A stretch of 63,580 nucleotides of DNA, counting the filler, from Folioceros fuciformis (Eukaryota), in assembly GCA_049999805.1 (NCBI GenBank). It is 8 parts of 8 records of this genome, joined end to end, with 100 filler letters (N's around TTAATTAATTAA, not from the genome) between each part and the next. Parts side by side here need not be neighbours in the genome. Positions count along the whole stretch, not along the records: positions 21,413 to 40,887 come from JBNGIO010001000.1; 7 more parts are not named here. One strand, given 5' to 3'. The translations under genes and the position numbers were made by a program. Below the pieces are notes generated by a model. It was not told the origin of the DNA and searched no databases. It saw only the letters and a list, made by a program, of their open reading frames with translations. Positions 25,501 through 36,449 of this stretch are shown here, one piece after another. The first letter of the stretch is position 1. Every line of letters begins with the position of its first letter.

Positions 25501-25872
25501 AACGTCCCTCAGCTTGGCCCCCTCACAGCGTTCTATCAGGACACTCTCCATGGCAGCCTTTTTATCCACTGCGCAAGCAGGCTTGTCTTTGGTTTCCATG
25601 GTTGCGATGCGCTTGAAGGCAGAATACCGGAGGCTTCGGTGAGTAACCTGACCATTGGGGAGGAGGCCATGCTTGGACACCCGTCTCCCCTCAACACTTG
25701 TTTCTTCGGTGGAACAGGTTTGGGAAAGCGTTGAGCTTGCCTGCAACCGTAACGTCTGTTCGGACTCGAGAGCAGAGCTTGCCTGCACGCATAGGGTGTG
25801 CTGGGACTTGGACCGAGACTTCGAGAGCGGAAGGATCGATGGCAACTCCAGCACCTTTGCCATCCGCTCCAT
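22513..25872 (-). CDS. PLS-class PPR protein with DYW:KP domain ending DEH (DRH-like); candidate U-to-C editing factor
   Basis: Intronless 1119-aa ORF with a Ser-rich N-terminal extension and about 23 PPR motifs. C-terminus KKPAKACIEV...HAEKLALAYGLLNTP...KNLRMCSDCH...CSCGDEH. Confidence 0.95.
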   Translation of the reverse strand: MERMAKVLELPSILPLSKSRSKSQHTLCVQASSALESEQTLRLQASSTLSQTCSTEETSVEGRRVSKHGLLPNGQVTHRSLRYSAFKRIATMETKDKPACAVDKKAAMESVLIERCEGAKLRDVVGALDLQVQRGLSVRTSVFYRVLSRCIAQKDMALAARVHKIAATSGCETNPVLANQIVSMYAAHGRLDDVVEVFHGVTQPDAYLWATVILAHVRCGEPVEGIKLYRRMRASSVEPDNHVFVAGLKACAAAEDLGCGKEVHAEIVASAVKVNMFVGNSLVSMYAKCGSLEDAGRVFRGLPRRDVVTWNAMIAGYNQQGLGREALALYANMQQEGTPPNQVTFVCLLQACAIVGELEQGKQFHLQIHERDLEADVSVGTSLVDMYCKCGTLVDARAVLDRLPTRNVVTWNAMVSGYVQQGLGHEALALYASMQQEGISSANHVTFACLLQACASVGALHEGKQLHAEIEERGLDTDTLVGNSLVDMYSKCGSLRDARRVFDSLPRRDVVTWTAMVTAYAEQGMGYEALGLHARMQQEGITPANEVTFVALLQACAGVRALPHGKALHVQVLERGLEADLFVGSSLVDMYAKCGSLEDARVVFDRLPKKNLVTWTAMLAGYAHDGFGQEALDLYESMELEGAQSANRVTFVCLLQACARIGDLHLGKQLHSRIQERGLEAEVSVGNCLVDMYVKCGSLDDARMVFERLPSRDVVTWNSMIAGYMRQGMGGGALAVYEKMQEEGATLANRVTFLCLLQACGSVGALHNGKLLHAQIRERGLECDDHVASSLIDMYCKCGSLVDARRVLDRSAVGDVVTWSALLKGYAENGDGRMAVQCFEEMRERGMEPDETTFICVLVACSHAGLVREGQEYFRMMLEDYGLTPSDYHRNCMVDLLARSGHLDEAENMLQTVSMEHHAVGWTCLLSACKGHGDLERGRRCFDHLVRLEPGNATPYVLLSNILASEGRWKDVVKVESMRKSAGACKKPAKACIEVQKKVHEFTVGEDRSDISWKLRSMSAKAKEEGGHVAQTELVLKAVSEREKENALCGHAEKLALAYGLLNTPDGTTLLVTKNLRMCSDCHSSTKIMSRLEQREILVRDAHRVHRFVEGSCSCGDEH

Positions 25873-26421
25873 ACATGGGCTCCAATCCAGGCACCATGTC
25901 CTCCTCTACGTCGGCGGCGGGATGAAAGGGTCTACACATGGAGAACCAAATATCTGGGCTTCGGACCGAGGGGATTGGACGTCACGGACCCAACTTGATG
26001 GCAACGTGCAAAAAAGTGGAGAGAACTCGAACGACAAAATACACTCGTGCAGATATGCGGGAGCTCACGAAAGACGCCACGATCGACCACAGAAGGAAGA
26101 CTTGCAAGACAGCAACACGGACAGGGAAGGTCGGGGAAGATCACTACCATCACAGCCATTTAATAGCTCGTACACAAAGCTGCATCAAATACTACTGAGC
26201 TGAGCTAATTCACTCCCCAAGAACACAAGGCCGGCTACAAACTCGTAGCCCTTTCAAATCAAGGTTGGCGGTCAAAATTTGAGCTCCGCCACTCTCCACA
26301 ACCAGTCCCAATGATACGCAGTGGCGCGGGCAAAATTGATTCAGTCCAAACCACTATTGGTATACCACAAACAGTATCAAAAAAAGGGCAGAAACTACCC
26401 GTGGACTGTCCTACCACATAT

Positions 26422-27127
<706 letters not shown>

Positions 27128-27208
27128 CTTGCTGGCCGCCGGAGCACGAAGAGCAAGCAAAGACGGTATGTCGCAGCGCTGCCGACGGTCGTCTTCAGAG
27201 ACAAAGAG

Positions 27209-27391
27209 AAACCCTAATTCCTCAGTGCCGAAATAAATAGGGCTGCAGCGCTAGGGTAGGTGGGGTGGGCAAATATAGCCCACGGTTTACGTTCGCGAGA
27301 TATTATTTATCTCGCAACGCTCAGGTATGAATGAGGTAGCGACCGTAGAAATAGAGCTACAGAGTTAGGGTATAGCCACATATATAGCCCA
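27209..27391 (-). promoter_or_regulatory. Telo-box plus two site II motifs upstream of RPS23
   Basis: AAACCCTAA at 27209-27217; AGCCCA (TGGGCT on minus) at 27277 and 27386. This combination is typical of plant ribosomal-protein promoters. Confidence 0.6.
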
Positions 27392-27686
27392 TGGGTTCGC
27401 TTTGGGAGATGGTACTTTCCTCAAAAGGCTTTGAGGTACCCGCTAGCGTTCGTCACTTAATAGTCTGTCTTATACGAACCAAAATGGTAAATATGCGTCA
27501 GGGTATCTAGGATTTAGATTTACCTATCGGGGAACAGGTAAATACTAAATGAAAATTTTCAATTCATGACAATAAATTCTATATGCAGTCAATAAATCGA
27601 AATGGAAAGACTTGCCAATTCCATCTAGACTAGTCCAGGTAGCCCGAGGAACACCTAGGTAGGTTTTGTGGTGGTGTTTTTGGGAC

Positions 27687-29126
27687 ATGGCGGACAGCAG
27701 ACCGCATCTACTCGTGTATGCCTTGAGAGGAGGCTTGGAAGGAGCTATCAGCGCAGCGAACAACGGATTCTTGAGTCCAGCAGTATGGAGCGCGCTTCCG
27801 GACCATCTCGTGGAAAGGGTGCTGCTTGTCCTGCCCCGCGGAGTCCAGCACAGGTTCCGTGTGGTTTGCAAGAAGTGGCTTGCATTGCTAACCTCTCCAA
27901 GATTCCTGTGGCTGAGCGAATCTTTGGCCCCTCGTCCTGCTGCTCCTCTGGTTTGTGCGTTCGAGTACTGGAACGGAGTGGAACCGGAGACACGGATGTA
28001 CAGTCCCAACCCTAACAGGCCGTGCACCAGATCATCCTTTTCTGAATCAGCTCTTGGCAAAGCGTACAGGCTGGACCTGTCATACCTTCCCCAGAAATTT
28101 CACGAATGGTTTGAAATGTGGGGTACTGGTGACAAGAGGGCAAAGCTGCGGCGTGATGCAAGGACTTGGGAGCTGCGGCGTGACTATTCCTCTCAGGTTT
28201 GCGGCTCGGTAGGAGGATTGATCTACCTGCTCAATGATGACGATGGATGGGAACTCAAAGGACATCGTATTCTTTCCGTATGCGTGCTGAATCCTTTCAC
28301 CAGAACATGGAGGGAGCTTCCACAGCTGCTTATTTTCAAAGAGTGGACCTGCTGGACGGTCAAGCTGGAGGTTGACGACCCTGATGGCAGTGGCTTTAGG
28401 TTCACTGCCGTATGTGGATCTAGTATCATGTGCATGGATTACCGGGTGCCTTTCAACTGGAGCGTGTATGTATACAGTTCTGCCGAGGGTAAGAATGGCT
28501 GGGAGGTTACCGTGGGGCAGCCTGCGAGCGAATGGCCCAAGGAGCGCGTGCTGGCAGGAGGTTTGATGTATGGTTACCAGGTTCCAAGCGGAGGGCTGAT
28601 AGTTCACAGCCTTCTTGATGGTTGTCTTGTTGCGAGGGAGAGTTATCCGAGTGCACTTCAGCGTGAACTTTCCCTGGACGAAAGGATCGGTCGCCCTTTC
28701 CATCCATACGCTCCCAAGCCATCCCTTTTGGAGCATATGGGAGCAGTGTATCTGGTAAGAGATTTTTTCGATCCCGAAGAAGAGTGGCAGATAGGAATCT
28801 GGAAGCTCGATTGGGATGTATCGGCAATGCATTGGGAGCTCAGGTCAGTGTTCCCTCGTGAGGTAGTGGATTTTGGGGAAGGTACTAGACAGTCACGTTT
28901 GCCTCTGGAGAGTTTCGACGCTGTCGTCATCGGCGACGAAATTTTTTTCATGCTGCCAGTCATGCACGCATGTCGAAATGGAGTTCCTGCTATATCATCC
29001 AGTTTGGTGGCTTTCAACCTGCGGGATGATTGTTGGCAGTTGGTGGCTGACAAAATGATTAGTCTAACTATGGCAACTGGCCGAAGCTACGGTCTGCTTG
29101 AACCTAAATTCAATCTGCGGATTTGA
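27687..29126 (+). CDS. F-box protein with divergent kelch/FBA-like C-terminal region, intronless
   Basis: F-box WSALPDHLVERVLLVLP...FRVVCKKW...SPRF, followed by GSVGGLI, VLNPFTRTWRELP, FEPK-like end (LLEPKF). Confidence 0.88.
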   Translation: MADSRPHLLVYALRGGLEGAISAANNGFLSPAVWSALPDHLVERVLLVLPRGVQHRFRVVCKKWLALLTSPRFLWLSESLAPRPAAPLVCAFEYWNGVEPETRMYSPNPNRPCTRSSFSESALGKAYRLDLSYLPQKFHEWFEMWGTGDKRAKLRRDARTWELRRDYSSQVCGSVGGLIYLLNDDDGWELKGHRILSVCVLNPFTRTWRELPQLLIFKEWTCWTVKLEVDDPDGSGFRFTAVCGSSIMCMDYRVPFNWSVYVYSSAEGKNGWEVTVGQPASEWPKERVLAGGLMYGYQVPSGGLIVHSLLDGCLVARESYPSALQRELSLDERIGRPFHPYAPKPSLLEHMGAVYLVRDFFDPEEEWQIGIWKLDWDVSAMHWELRSVFPREVVDFGEGTRQSRLPLESFDAVVIGDEIFFMLPVMHACRNGVPAISSSLVAFNLRDDCWQLVADKMISLTMATGRSYGLLEPKFNLRI

Positions 29127-29909
29127 TCATAGAAGACCCTTGCGGTTCAATGAACCAGGCTATGGCCCTTTGCATTGAAAGCACATTGTAGAAGGTTTAT
29201 GTTACCGCTTCTTGGAAAAGCGATGTGTAAATCCTTCAGGCAATCCAGTTCATTGAGAGGTACAAACAACAGACGCTGGGTACTACCAAGAGTCTGCAGG
29301 TATGGGACCTGTGCTTTGCAGTTGAGTCGAGCATTGGTGATGGGAACCTGTGACAAAATGGGCGCCTTGCTAGCCATGCTGCACTGATCCCAGTTCAGCG
29401 CCCTGCCACTTGGCAGCCGCAACCATTGCCATCCATGGATGTGTGAAAGCACTGATCACTGCAGCAAGTTGCAGCTTCTCGGAAGTTCCTTAGGCTAATC
29501 TATACCTGATACGATGGAGGCAAACTTTATGAATTAGATACCGAGAGGAAGCCACAATGCCTTCATGCTCTTAGCTCCGCACAAAGTGACCAACCAGCAA
29601 AAGACAATCGCTTACTCGGTATCGGTGATGCGCCCATTATCTCAACTCATAATTCTGTGGCATATTTACATGGAAAACAAACCTGCAGACATCCGCAGTA
29701 AGAGTCTGACATCAAAGCAGTGGCAAATTTCAAGAGCCTAAACCCGCACACCGGATACGTTCTCCAAAACTCACAGCTGAAGATCTCACAGTGAACCTTC
29801 ATTTCCATGCAAATTAAGGAGAGAATATGTTTGAACCCTTTCAAGACCGGAACATACAGGCCTACAAGAAAACACGGGCAGCAAGTGTAATCCAAGGATA
29901 CTCTGAATG

Positions 29910-30186
29910 GATCATTTAGCAACCAATGAGCGATCTGTTGTATATACTTAGACATGGGATTGCATGTACACATATATACATCTTCTTACGTAGCAGCTGG
30001 AACACTAAGGTATATATTGATCCATTCAGCAACCAATGAGCGATTTGTTGTATATACTTAGGCATGGGGTTGCATGTACACATATATACATCTTCTTACG
30101 TAACATGTTAGCTTGCCATGTGGATTGACTATGCATTGAGACAAGAGGCATGGATCATCAGCAGCTGGAACACTGAGGTATATATT
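29910..30186. repeat. Interrupted local duplication (~110-bp period)
   Basis: AGCAACCAATGAGCGAT.TGTTGTATATACTTAG.CATGGG.TTGCATGTACACATATATACATCTTCTTACGTA occurs twice; GCAGCTGGAACACT.AGGTATATATT occurs twice. Confidence 0.85.
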
Positions 30187-30228
30187 TATTTTTCGCATCT
30201 CCTCGTTGCAAAGACGACTAAAGCTTCC

Positions 30229-30770
30229 TATGGCATACTAATGAGAACAAAAGGGGATTCTTTTCTTTATATCTGTTTCAGGGTATCTATATACTCTCAA
30301 TGGCCATGACCGGTCATGGACTTTCCCAAAGTGGTCGTTGTCCCATAGTGGGATTAACCAGTGCAAGGATGTTGCCAAACCATAGTGGGGATTAACCAAT
30401 ACAAGGGTGTTGCCAAATCAAGGATATCGTCTCGATGTGCCCGAGACTATTACCACACAAAGGCCATGGCCTCAGGCTTTCATCTCCCATGAGCGGAACC
30501 ATGAAGAATACTGCATGTCAAGGTTGAGGCCTCGTGCCTCAAGCCCTTGTTTCAAGGTGAGGCCTTATGCCTCGCAACATTAGCTTCCTAAAGTCTGAAC
30601 TCAACTCAACTCGAAATTGCTTGCACTTCGAATGAGGTTAGACCATGTCATATGGCTTTTTTTTGACGGGGCAAATCTTGGTGGTAGGCACCACAACTAG
30701 TACCACAACCATCATATGTAGAGTTAAGAAAAAGTTCTAACACTCCACCTGTCCTCTTTGGTATGCCATA
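30229..30770. mobile_element. Non-autonomous TIR element (MITE-like) with 6-bp flanking direct repeat
   Basis: Left end TATGGCATACTAATGAGAAC; right end GTCCTCTTTGGTATGCCATA (17/20 inverted match). Flanked on both sides by GCTTCC. Confidence 0.7.
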
Positions 30771-32271
30771 GCTTCCACATCATTGTGTATGATGTCTAAA
30801 TTGAACTCACGTCACCTTAGTATATGAAAGGTTAAGGTGAAGCAACTAAAGCTTCTTGTCTGCTAATGGATGCCAAAGTTCACATACCTCTCTTGGTGGT
30901 TGTTGACAAAATGAATCTGTTCACAAACACAGTGTTGATCAAGAGGAAGGAAATAGAATGAGTACATAGAGATTGCAAAGCTAGGATGATTTTGCTTACA
31001 TGGTTGCATATAAGGCAAAACCTCGACTTTCTTGTTATTGTACTTTGTGATGATTGCGGAGGCAATTGGACACCTGCACTTTCTAGCGCGGGAGTCATGT
31101 GATCTATCAACTACATGCGAACACAAAAGAGTGAAGCGAGTGTGATCTAGTTTAGGGTTTAGGGTACCCTGAACCCTTTCTATGAGGGGTGAATTGTGCA
31201 TCTTTGGTCATAGCATTTGCCTCGTCTAAAGTTATCAACTTAATGTTTGAGGTGGTATTGCCATGAAGAAACATCCAGCATAGATGATATCAAAACACAA
31301 GTTTGCATCACACTAGGAAGCCCCCACTATCTGCACACAAATAACATCAGAACACAAGTCTGCATCGCACCAAGAAGCCCCCACTATGTGAACAACCAAA
31401 TTCCGAACAGTCACCTAAAGCCCATGCATTGAGTGTTGGCAAAGACTTGTGCTTGCTGATGGACAACATCAACATAGGGACAACCTTCACCAAGTCTCGT
31501 TGCAGCAAGGAGGATGAGTATTGTCCAACTTTCACCAAATCTAGCTGAGGAAAGAGGATGAGAAGCACACAACATTCACCAAATCCCAAGGATGAAGGAG
31601 GTTTTGCGACAAATCTAGCTCACAACCTTCACCAAATCTTGTCGAGGTTGGACAATGAGCACCACACAACCTTCACCAAGGATTGGGGTACCGCACTCAT
31701 TTTAAGCTTCCTTGAAAAATGGGATTGGGGTACTCCAATCCCATTTTAAGCTTCCTTTAAACCCTAAACCCTAATCCTGTGTTGATTGTCCTACGTCCAG
31801 TGTTTTGTTCCTTTAGTCATTACTACATTTCTATTTTATCTTCTCGAACTTTGGGAATTGAATTGAATGAAATTGAATGCGTAATATATATTCCGAATGG
31901 TTTGAGACGTGTTCATCTTCGCAGGTTTTTTCTTGTTGGCCGTCGATTGTGGTGCTTGGATAGCTGCCTACCTGGGTTGTTATGGCTGCCCATGCCGATC
32001 CTCGTTGGAAGGATCGTGGTAGGGAACCTCCCGATTTTACAGATCTGAGATTGAGATCCGGAGCGGCAGCAAGTAGGCATGGGCCGGATTTGTTCGTACA
32101 TGGAGGGTGTCTAAAAGGACGTTCGTTATCACGGTGGATATCGCTTCCCAGGCGAGAGATGAGGAGGGTGGAGAGGCGCACTCTTGGTCTTGATGGACAT
32201 ATGCGAACGCCAACCATACATGTGTAGGTAGTCTCTTGATACTCGGATTGTCCGACAACTGTTCCTGAACG

Positions 32272-35200
32272 ATGGCCTCAGTATGGCAAACGGACCCGGC
32301 GTGGACCCAGCAAATATTGGTGTGTCCAGGGGTTCTACCAGGAGCTCCCGCTCACCTCAGCTTAGGGGTTCAGCTCCTGGCAAACAAAGCCTCCAGGTGT
32401 AGCAGCGTAAGAAGCCTAGCACTTCCACTTCCACTTCCGACAGAATGTGTGGGTCGGGACGGGTTCTCCAGAGATGGTCGTTGCCAACAGCAGGAGCACT
32501 TGTGGCAACAATTCTTTCTGGACCCTTCTATGTGGTGGGACAACAGGCGAGATAAGAGGAGCTCCCGTTCGCCGGACTTTCGGCGTAAGGGGTCCGGGGA
32601 GGTCCTGTGGTTAAATGACATGTTTAAGCCAGCTTGGGTTGATGAGCAGCTCTATTCCTTGGATACGGAGATGGGTAATGGTGCCTCTCCTTCCGAGTCC
32701 AGGTCTCTGGACATGCCTGAACCTGGCAGGCGTGCAGGTTTGGAAATGGGCGTCGTTTGGGCTGTGCCAGTGAGCTTGTTATGTCAGCAGGGGAGGCTTT
32801 CTGAGGCCGTTGGTGTCCTGGAATCTCTGGCGGAGACACACTGTGCTATTCCTCAGTCTCTGTTTTGCACTGTGCTGAAGCTGTGTACCGCAAAGAAGGA
32901 TCTGGTTGTGGGGCGACGAGTTCATGGCATCATTGTGAGACTTGGGTACGAGTTGGATGCACACGTGGGGAACCATATCCTGCGCATGTATGCATCTGGA
33001 GGTAGGCTGCAGGAGGCCATGGATGTGTTCACCAGGGTCGGCAAACCGAATGCCTTCATGTGGTTTTCCATAATCTCTGCATATGCCAAGCATGGGAAAC
33101 CTAATGAAGCTATTCAGCTGTACCATAAGATGCGCAGGTCAGGAGTGAAGGCAGATGCTCACGTCTTTGCGGCTGCCCTTCAAGCTTGTGCATTTGCTGC
33201 TGACCTGGAATCTGGCAGAAAAGTGCACCATGATGTGTTGCACAGTGGCAGTCCTCTTGCCTTATATGTTGGCAACTCCCTGGTGAACATGTATGCAAAA
33301 TGTGGCGAACTGAAAGATGCGCGCCAGGCCTTTGACAGCTTGGCCACAAAGGATGTGGTGACATGGAATGCATTGATATCTGCATATACGAAATGTGGTG
33401 AACTGAGAGATGCACGCCAGGTGTTCAACAGGATGGACACAAAGAATGTGGTGACGTGGAATGTCCTGATAGCTGGGTACGCCCAGCAAGGGCTCGTACA
33501 TGAGGCGCTTGCTCTGTATGGACAAATGGAGCAGGAGGGCCTGGTTTTGGCTAATCATGTCACTTTTACTTGCCTTCTGAAGGCCTGTGCAAGCACTGGG
33601 GCTTCACAGGCGGGCAGGCAGTTGCACTCACAGATTGTTGAAAGAGGGCTGCTGGAGGGTGTTTCGTTGGGCAACTGCCTGGTGGATATGTATGCAAAAT
33701 GTGGTGAACTGAAAGACGCACGCCAGGTTTTCGAAAGCTTGGCCACGAAGGACGTGGTTACATGGACTGCGCTGATTGCTGGCTATGTGCAGCACGGGCT
33801 AGGACATGAGGCGCTTGCTGTGTATGGGCAAATGGAGCACGAAGGCCTGGTTTCGGCTAACCATGTTACTTTTGCTTGCCTTCTGAAGGCCTGTGGAAGC
33901 ACTGCTGCCTTACAAAAGGGCAGACAGCTGCATTCCCAGATTGTCAAAACGGGTCTCCTGGATGACGTAGACGTGGGCTCCTGCCTGGTGGACATGTATG
34001 TAAAATGCGGCGAAATGGAAGATGCACGCCAGGTTTTTGACAGTTTGGCCACAAAGAAGGTAGGGACGTGGACTACTCTGATTGCTGGATATACACGGCA
34101 AGGACTCAACCAAGAGGCGCTGGTTGCGTATGGACAAATGGAGGAGGCAGGCCTAACTTGGGCTGACAAAGTTCCTTTTGCTTGCCTTCTGAAAGCCTGT
34201 GGAAGCACTGGTGCGTTACAGAAGGGCAGGCAGTTGCACTCACTGATAGTCGAAAGAGGACTGCAAGATGACGTAGTAGTGGGCACCTGCTTGGTGGACA
34301 TGTATGCAAAATGTGGTGAGCTGAAGGATGCACGCCAGGTATTTGACAGCTTGGCCACAAAGAATGTGGTGACATGGACTGCTCTGATTGCAGGGTATAC
34401 ACAGGAGGGACTCGGCCAAGAGGCGCTGCTTGTGTACGGACAAATGGAGGAGTCAGGCCTTATTCTGGCCGACCACATTACTTTTGCTTGTCTTCTTAAG
34501 GCGTGTGGAAGCACTGGTGCCTTACAGATGGGCAGGCAGCTGCACTCACAGATTGTCGAAAGAGGACTGCTGGCTGATGTCGTCTTGGGCAGCTGCCTGG
34601 TGGATATGTTTGCCAAATGTGGGGAAATGGAAGATGCCCGCCAGGTTTTTGATAGCCTGGCCACAAAGAATGTGGTGACATGGACCGCCCTGATTGCTGG
34701 ATATGCCCAGCAAGGGCTCGGACATGAGGCGCTTTGTGTTTATGGAAATATGGAGCAGGAGGGCCTGCTTTTAGCTAACCACGTAACTTTTGCTTGCCTT
34801 GTGAGGGCCTGTGGCAGCACTGGTGCATTACAGAAGGGCAGGCAACTGCACTCACAGATTGTTGGACGAGGACTGCTGGATAACGTAGTGTTGGGCACCT
34901 GCCTGGTGGACATGTATGCAAAATGTGGTGAAATGAAAGATGCACGTCAGGTTTTTGACAGCATGAACACAAAGAATGCGGTGACATGGAATGCTCTAAT
35001 ATCTGGATATGGTACTTGTGATGATGGCCAAAGAGCACTAGCTTGTTTTGAGGAGATGTTAGTGGCCGGGATTCAGCCTGATGGTGCTACGTTCACTTCC
35101 ATTCTAGCAGCATGCAGTCATAGGGGACTGGTGTGCGAGGGCTGCAAGCACTTTGACTCAATGGCTGCAAAGCATGGCATCAAACCTAGTATTGAGCATT

Positions 35201-35892
35201 ACACCTGCATGGTAGATCTTCTTGGGCGTGCTGGCCGTTTAGATGAGGCGGAGAAAATGCTACTATCATGTGAGGGCCAAAGTGATATTGTTGTCTTGAC
35301 GTCTTTGTTGAATGCCTGCAGAATTCATGGGGATGTCGAGAGGGCTATGTGGTGCTTTGATAGCATTGTTAAGCTGGATTCTCAGGATGCGACCGCATAT
35401 GTGCTCATGGCAAATACCTACGCAGACGCCGGTAGGTGGACCGATGTAGACAGGATTGAGACGCACAGAAGGTTAGCAGGAGCGAACAAGAAACCTGCGG
35501 TTACTACCATCGAGGTGAATAGGCAGGTACACAGATTTCTGGTGGGAGAACGGAGAGAGGATATCGCGCTCAAGGTGGAGAGCACCAACGCGCGTCTGAA
35601 GCACGAAGGAGGCCATGTACCTCACACGAACTTGGTGTTGAAGCCACTGTCTGAGAAGGAAAAGGAAGATGCTCTTTGTGGACATGCTGAGAAGCTGGCT
35701 CTGGCTTTTGGTCTCTTGAACACTCCTTGTGGAACACCTCTGGTGGTAACCAAGAATCTCCGCATGTGCAACGATTGTCACAGCTCCACGGAGATCATGT
35801 CAAGGCTTGAACAAAGGGACATTGTTGTAAGAGATGGCTACCGTGTGCATCGATTCACAAATGGTCGTTGCACTTGTCAGGGGCGGCCGTGA
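32272..35892 (+). CDS. PLS-class PPR protein with N-terminal OSB-type PDF motif and DYW:KP domain ending GRP; candidate U-to-C editing factor
   Basis: 1206-aa ORF containing WQQFFLDPSMWWDNRRDKRSSRSPDF...LWL...PAWV, about 24 PPR motifs including one SS motif, and KKPAVTTIEV...HAEKLALAFGLLNTP...KNLRMCNDCH...CTCQGRP. The true start may involve an upstream exon. Confidence 0.95.
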   Translation: MASVWQTDPAWTQQILVCPGVLPGAPAHLSLGVQLLANKASRCSSVRSLALPLPLPTECVGRDGFSRDGRCQQQEHLWQQFFLDPSMWWDNRRDKRSSRSPDFRRKGSGEVLWLNDMFKPAWVDEQLYSLDTEMGNGASPSESRSLDMPEPGRRAGLEMGVVWAVPVSLLCQQGRLSEAVGVLESLAETHCAIPQSLFCTVLKLCTAKKDLVVGRRVHGIIVRLGYELDAHVGNHILRMYASGGRLQEAMDVFTRVGKPNAFMWFSIISAYAKHGKPNEAIQLYHKMRRSGVKADAHVFAAALQACAFAADLESGRKVHHDVLHSGSPLALYVGNSLVNMYAKCGELKDARQAFDSLATKDVVTWNALISAYTKCGELRDARQVFNRMDTKNVVTWNVLIAGYAQQGLVHEALALYGQMEQEGLVLANHVTFTCLLKACASTGASQAGRQLHSQIVERGLLEGVSLGNCLVDMYAKCGELKDARQVFESLATKDVVTWTALIAGYVQHGLGHEALAVYGQMEHEGLVSANHVTFACLLKACGSTAALQKGRQLHSQIVKTGLLDDVDVGSCLVDMYVKCGEMEDARQVFDSLATKKVGTWTTLIAGYTRQGLNQEALVAYGQMEEAGLTWADKVPFACLLKACGSTGALQKGRQLHSLIVERGLQDDVVVGTCLVDMYAKCGELKDARQVFDSLATKNVVTWTALIAGYTQEGLGQEALLVYGQMEESGLILADHITFACLLKACGSTGALQMGRQLHSQIVERGLLADVVLGSCLVDMFAKCGEMEDARQVFDSLATKNVVTWTALIAGYAQQGLGHEALCVYGNMEQEGLLLANHVTFACLVRACGSTGALQKGRQLHSQIVGRGLLDNVVLGTCLVDMYAKCGEMKDARQVFDSMNTKNAVTWNALISGYGTCDDGQRALACFEEMLVAGIQPDGATFTSILAACSHRGLVCEGCKHFDSMAAKHGIKPSIEHYTCMVDLLGRAGRLDEAEKMLLSCEGQSDIVVLTSLLNACRIHGDVERAMWCFDSIVKLDSQDATAYVLMANTYADAGRWTDVDRIETHRRLAGANKKPAVTTIEVNRQVHRFLVGERREDIALKVESTNARLKHEGGHVPHTNLVLKPLSEKEKEDALCGHAEKLALAFGLLNTPCGTPLVVTKNLRMCNDCHSSTEIMSRLEQRDIVVRDGYRVHRFTNGRCTCQGRP

Positions 35893-36449
35893 GAAAAATA
35901 GGGGGCTATCCAGTGCTCCACCGTGCACGGCATTTGAGGATGGCTCTGCTCCCGTGCGAATTCCCATCGAACGGTTGCTCTTTGGTTTTCACAGGATTGA
36001 AGGATGCGGTAGGCTACATACCTCACTTTGATGCCTTGGGAGTTGGAAACCCAACCTCAGTGAATTCCAGCTTCCGTGTCAATCTTGCATGGAACCTGAG
36101 ACGTCTTCGTTTTGCGTCTCATACTTCGCGAAAATACTCCGAAAATACAACCGAGAGCCGAATGCTGGCCTTGTATAGATGAACTTACCAGGAATCACGG
36201 CGCACTGCTCTAGGCTTGCATGACACGTTCCTCGGACGTCCAGCCGGTCAGTTCCCCCATGTGTCTCTGAACTGGGTGTAGGGCTCGTTTAACAAGATTT
36301 TGCCTCGCTCAATATAAGTGGCTCTGAACTAAAGCTTAGGGCTCGTTTAAGAAGCGTTTGTCAAGCTCAATACATAGGTCGACGTTTTGAGCTCACAAGA
36401 GCCTATGTACTTAGTTGGCTTCTGCGCGCAGCAGAGTGTGCTCGTGTCC

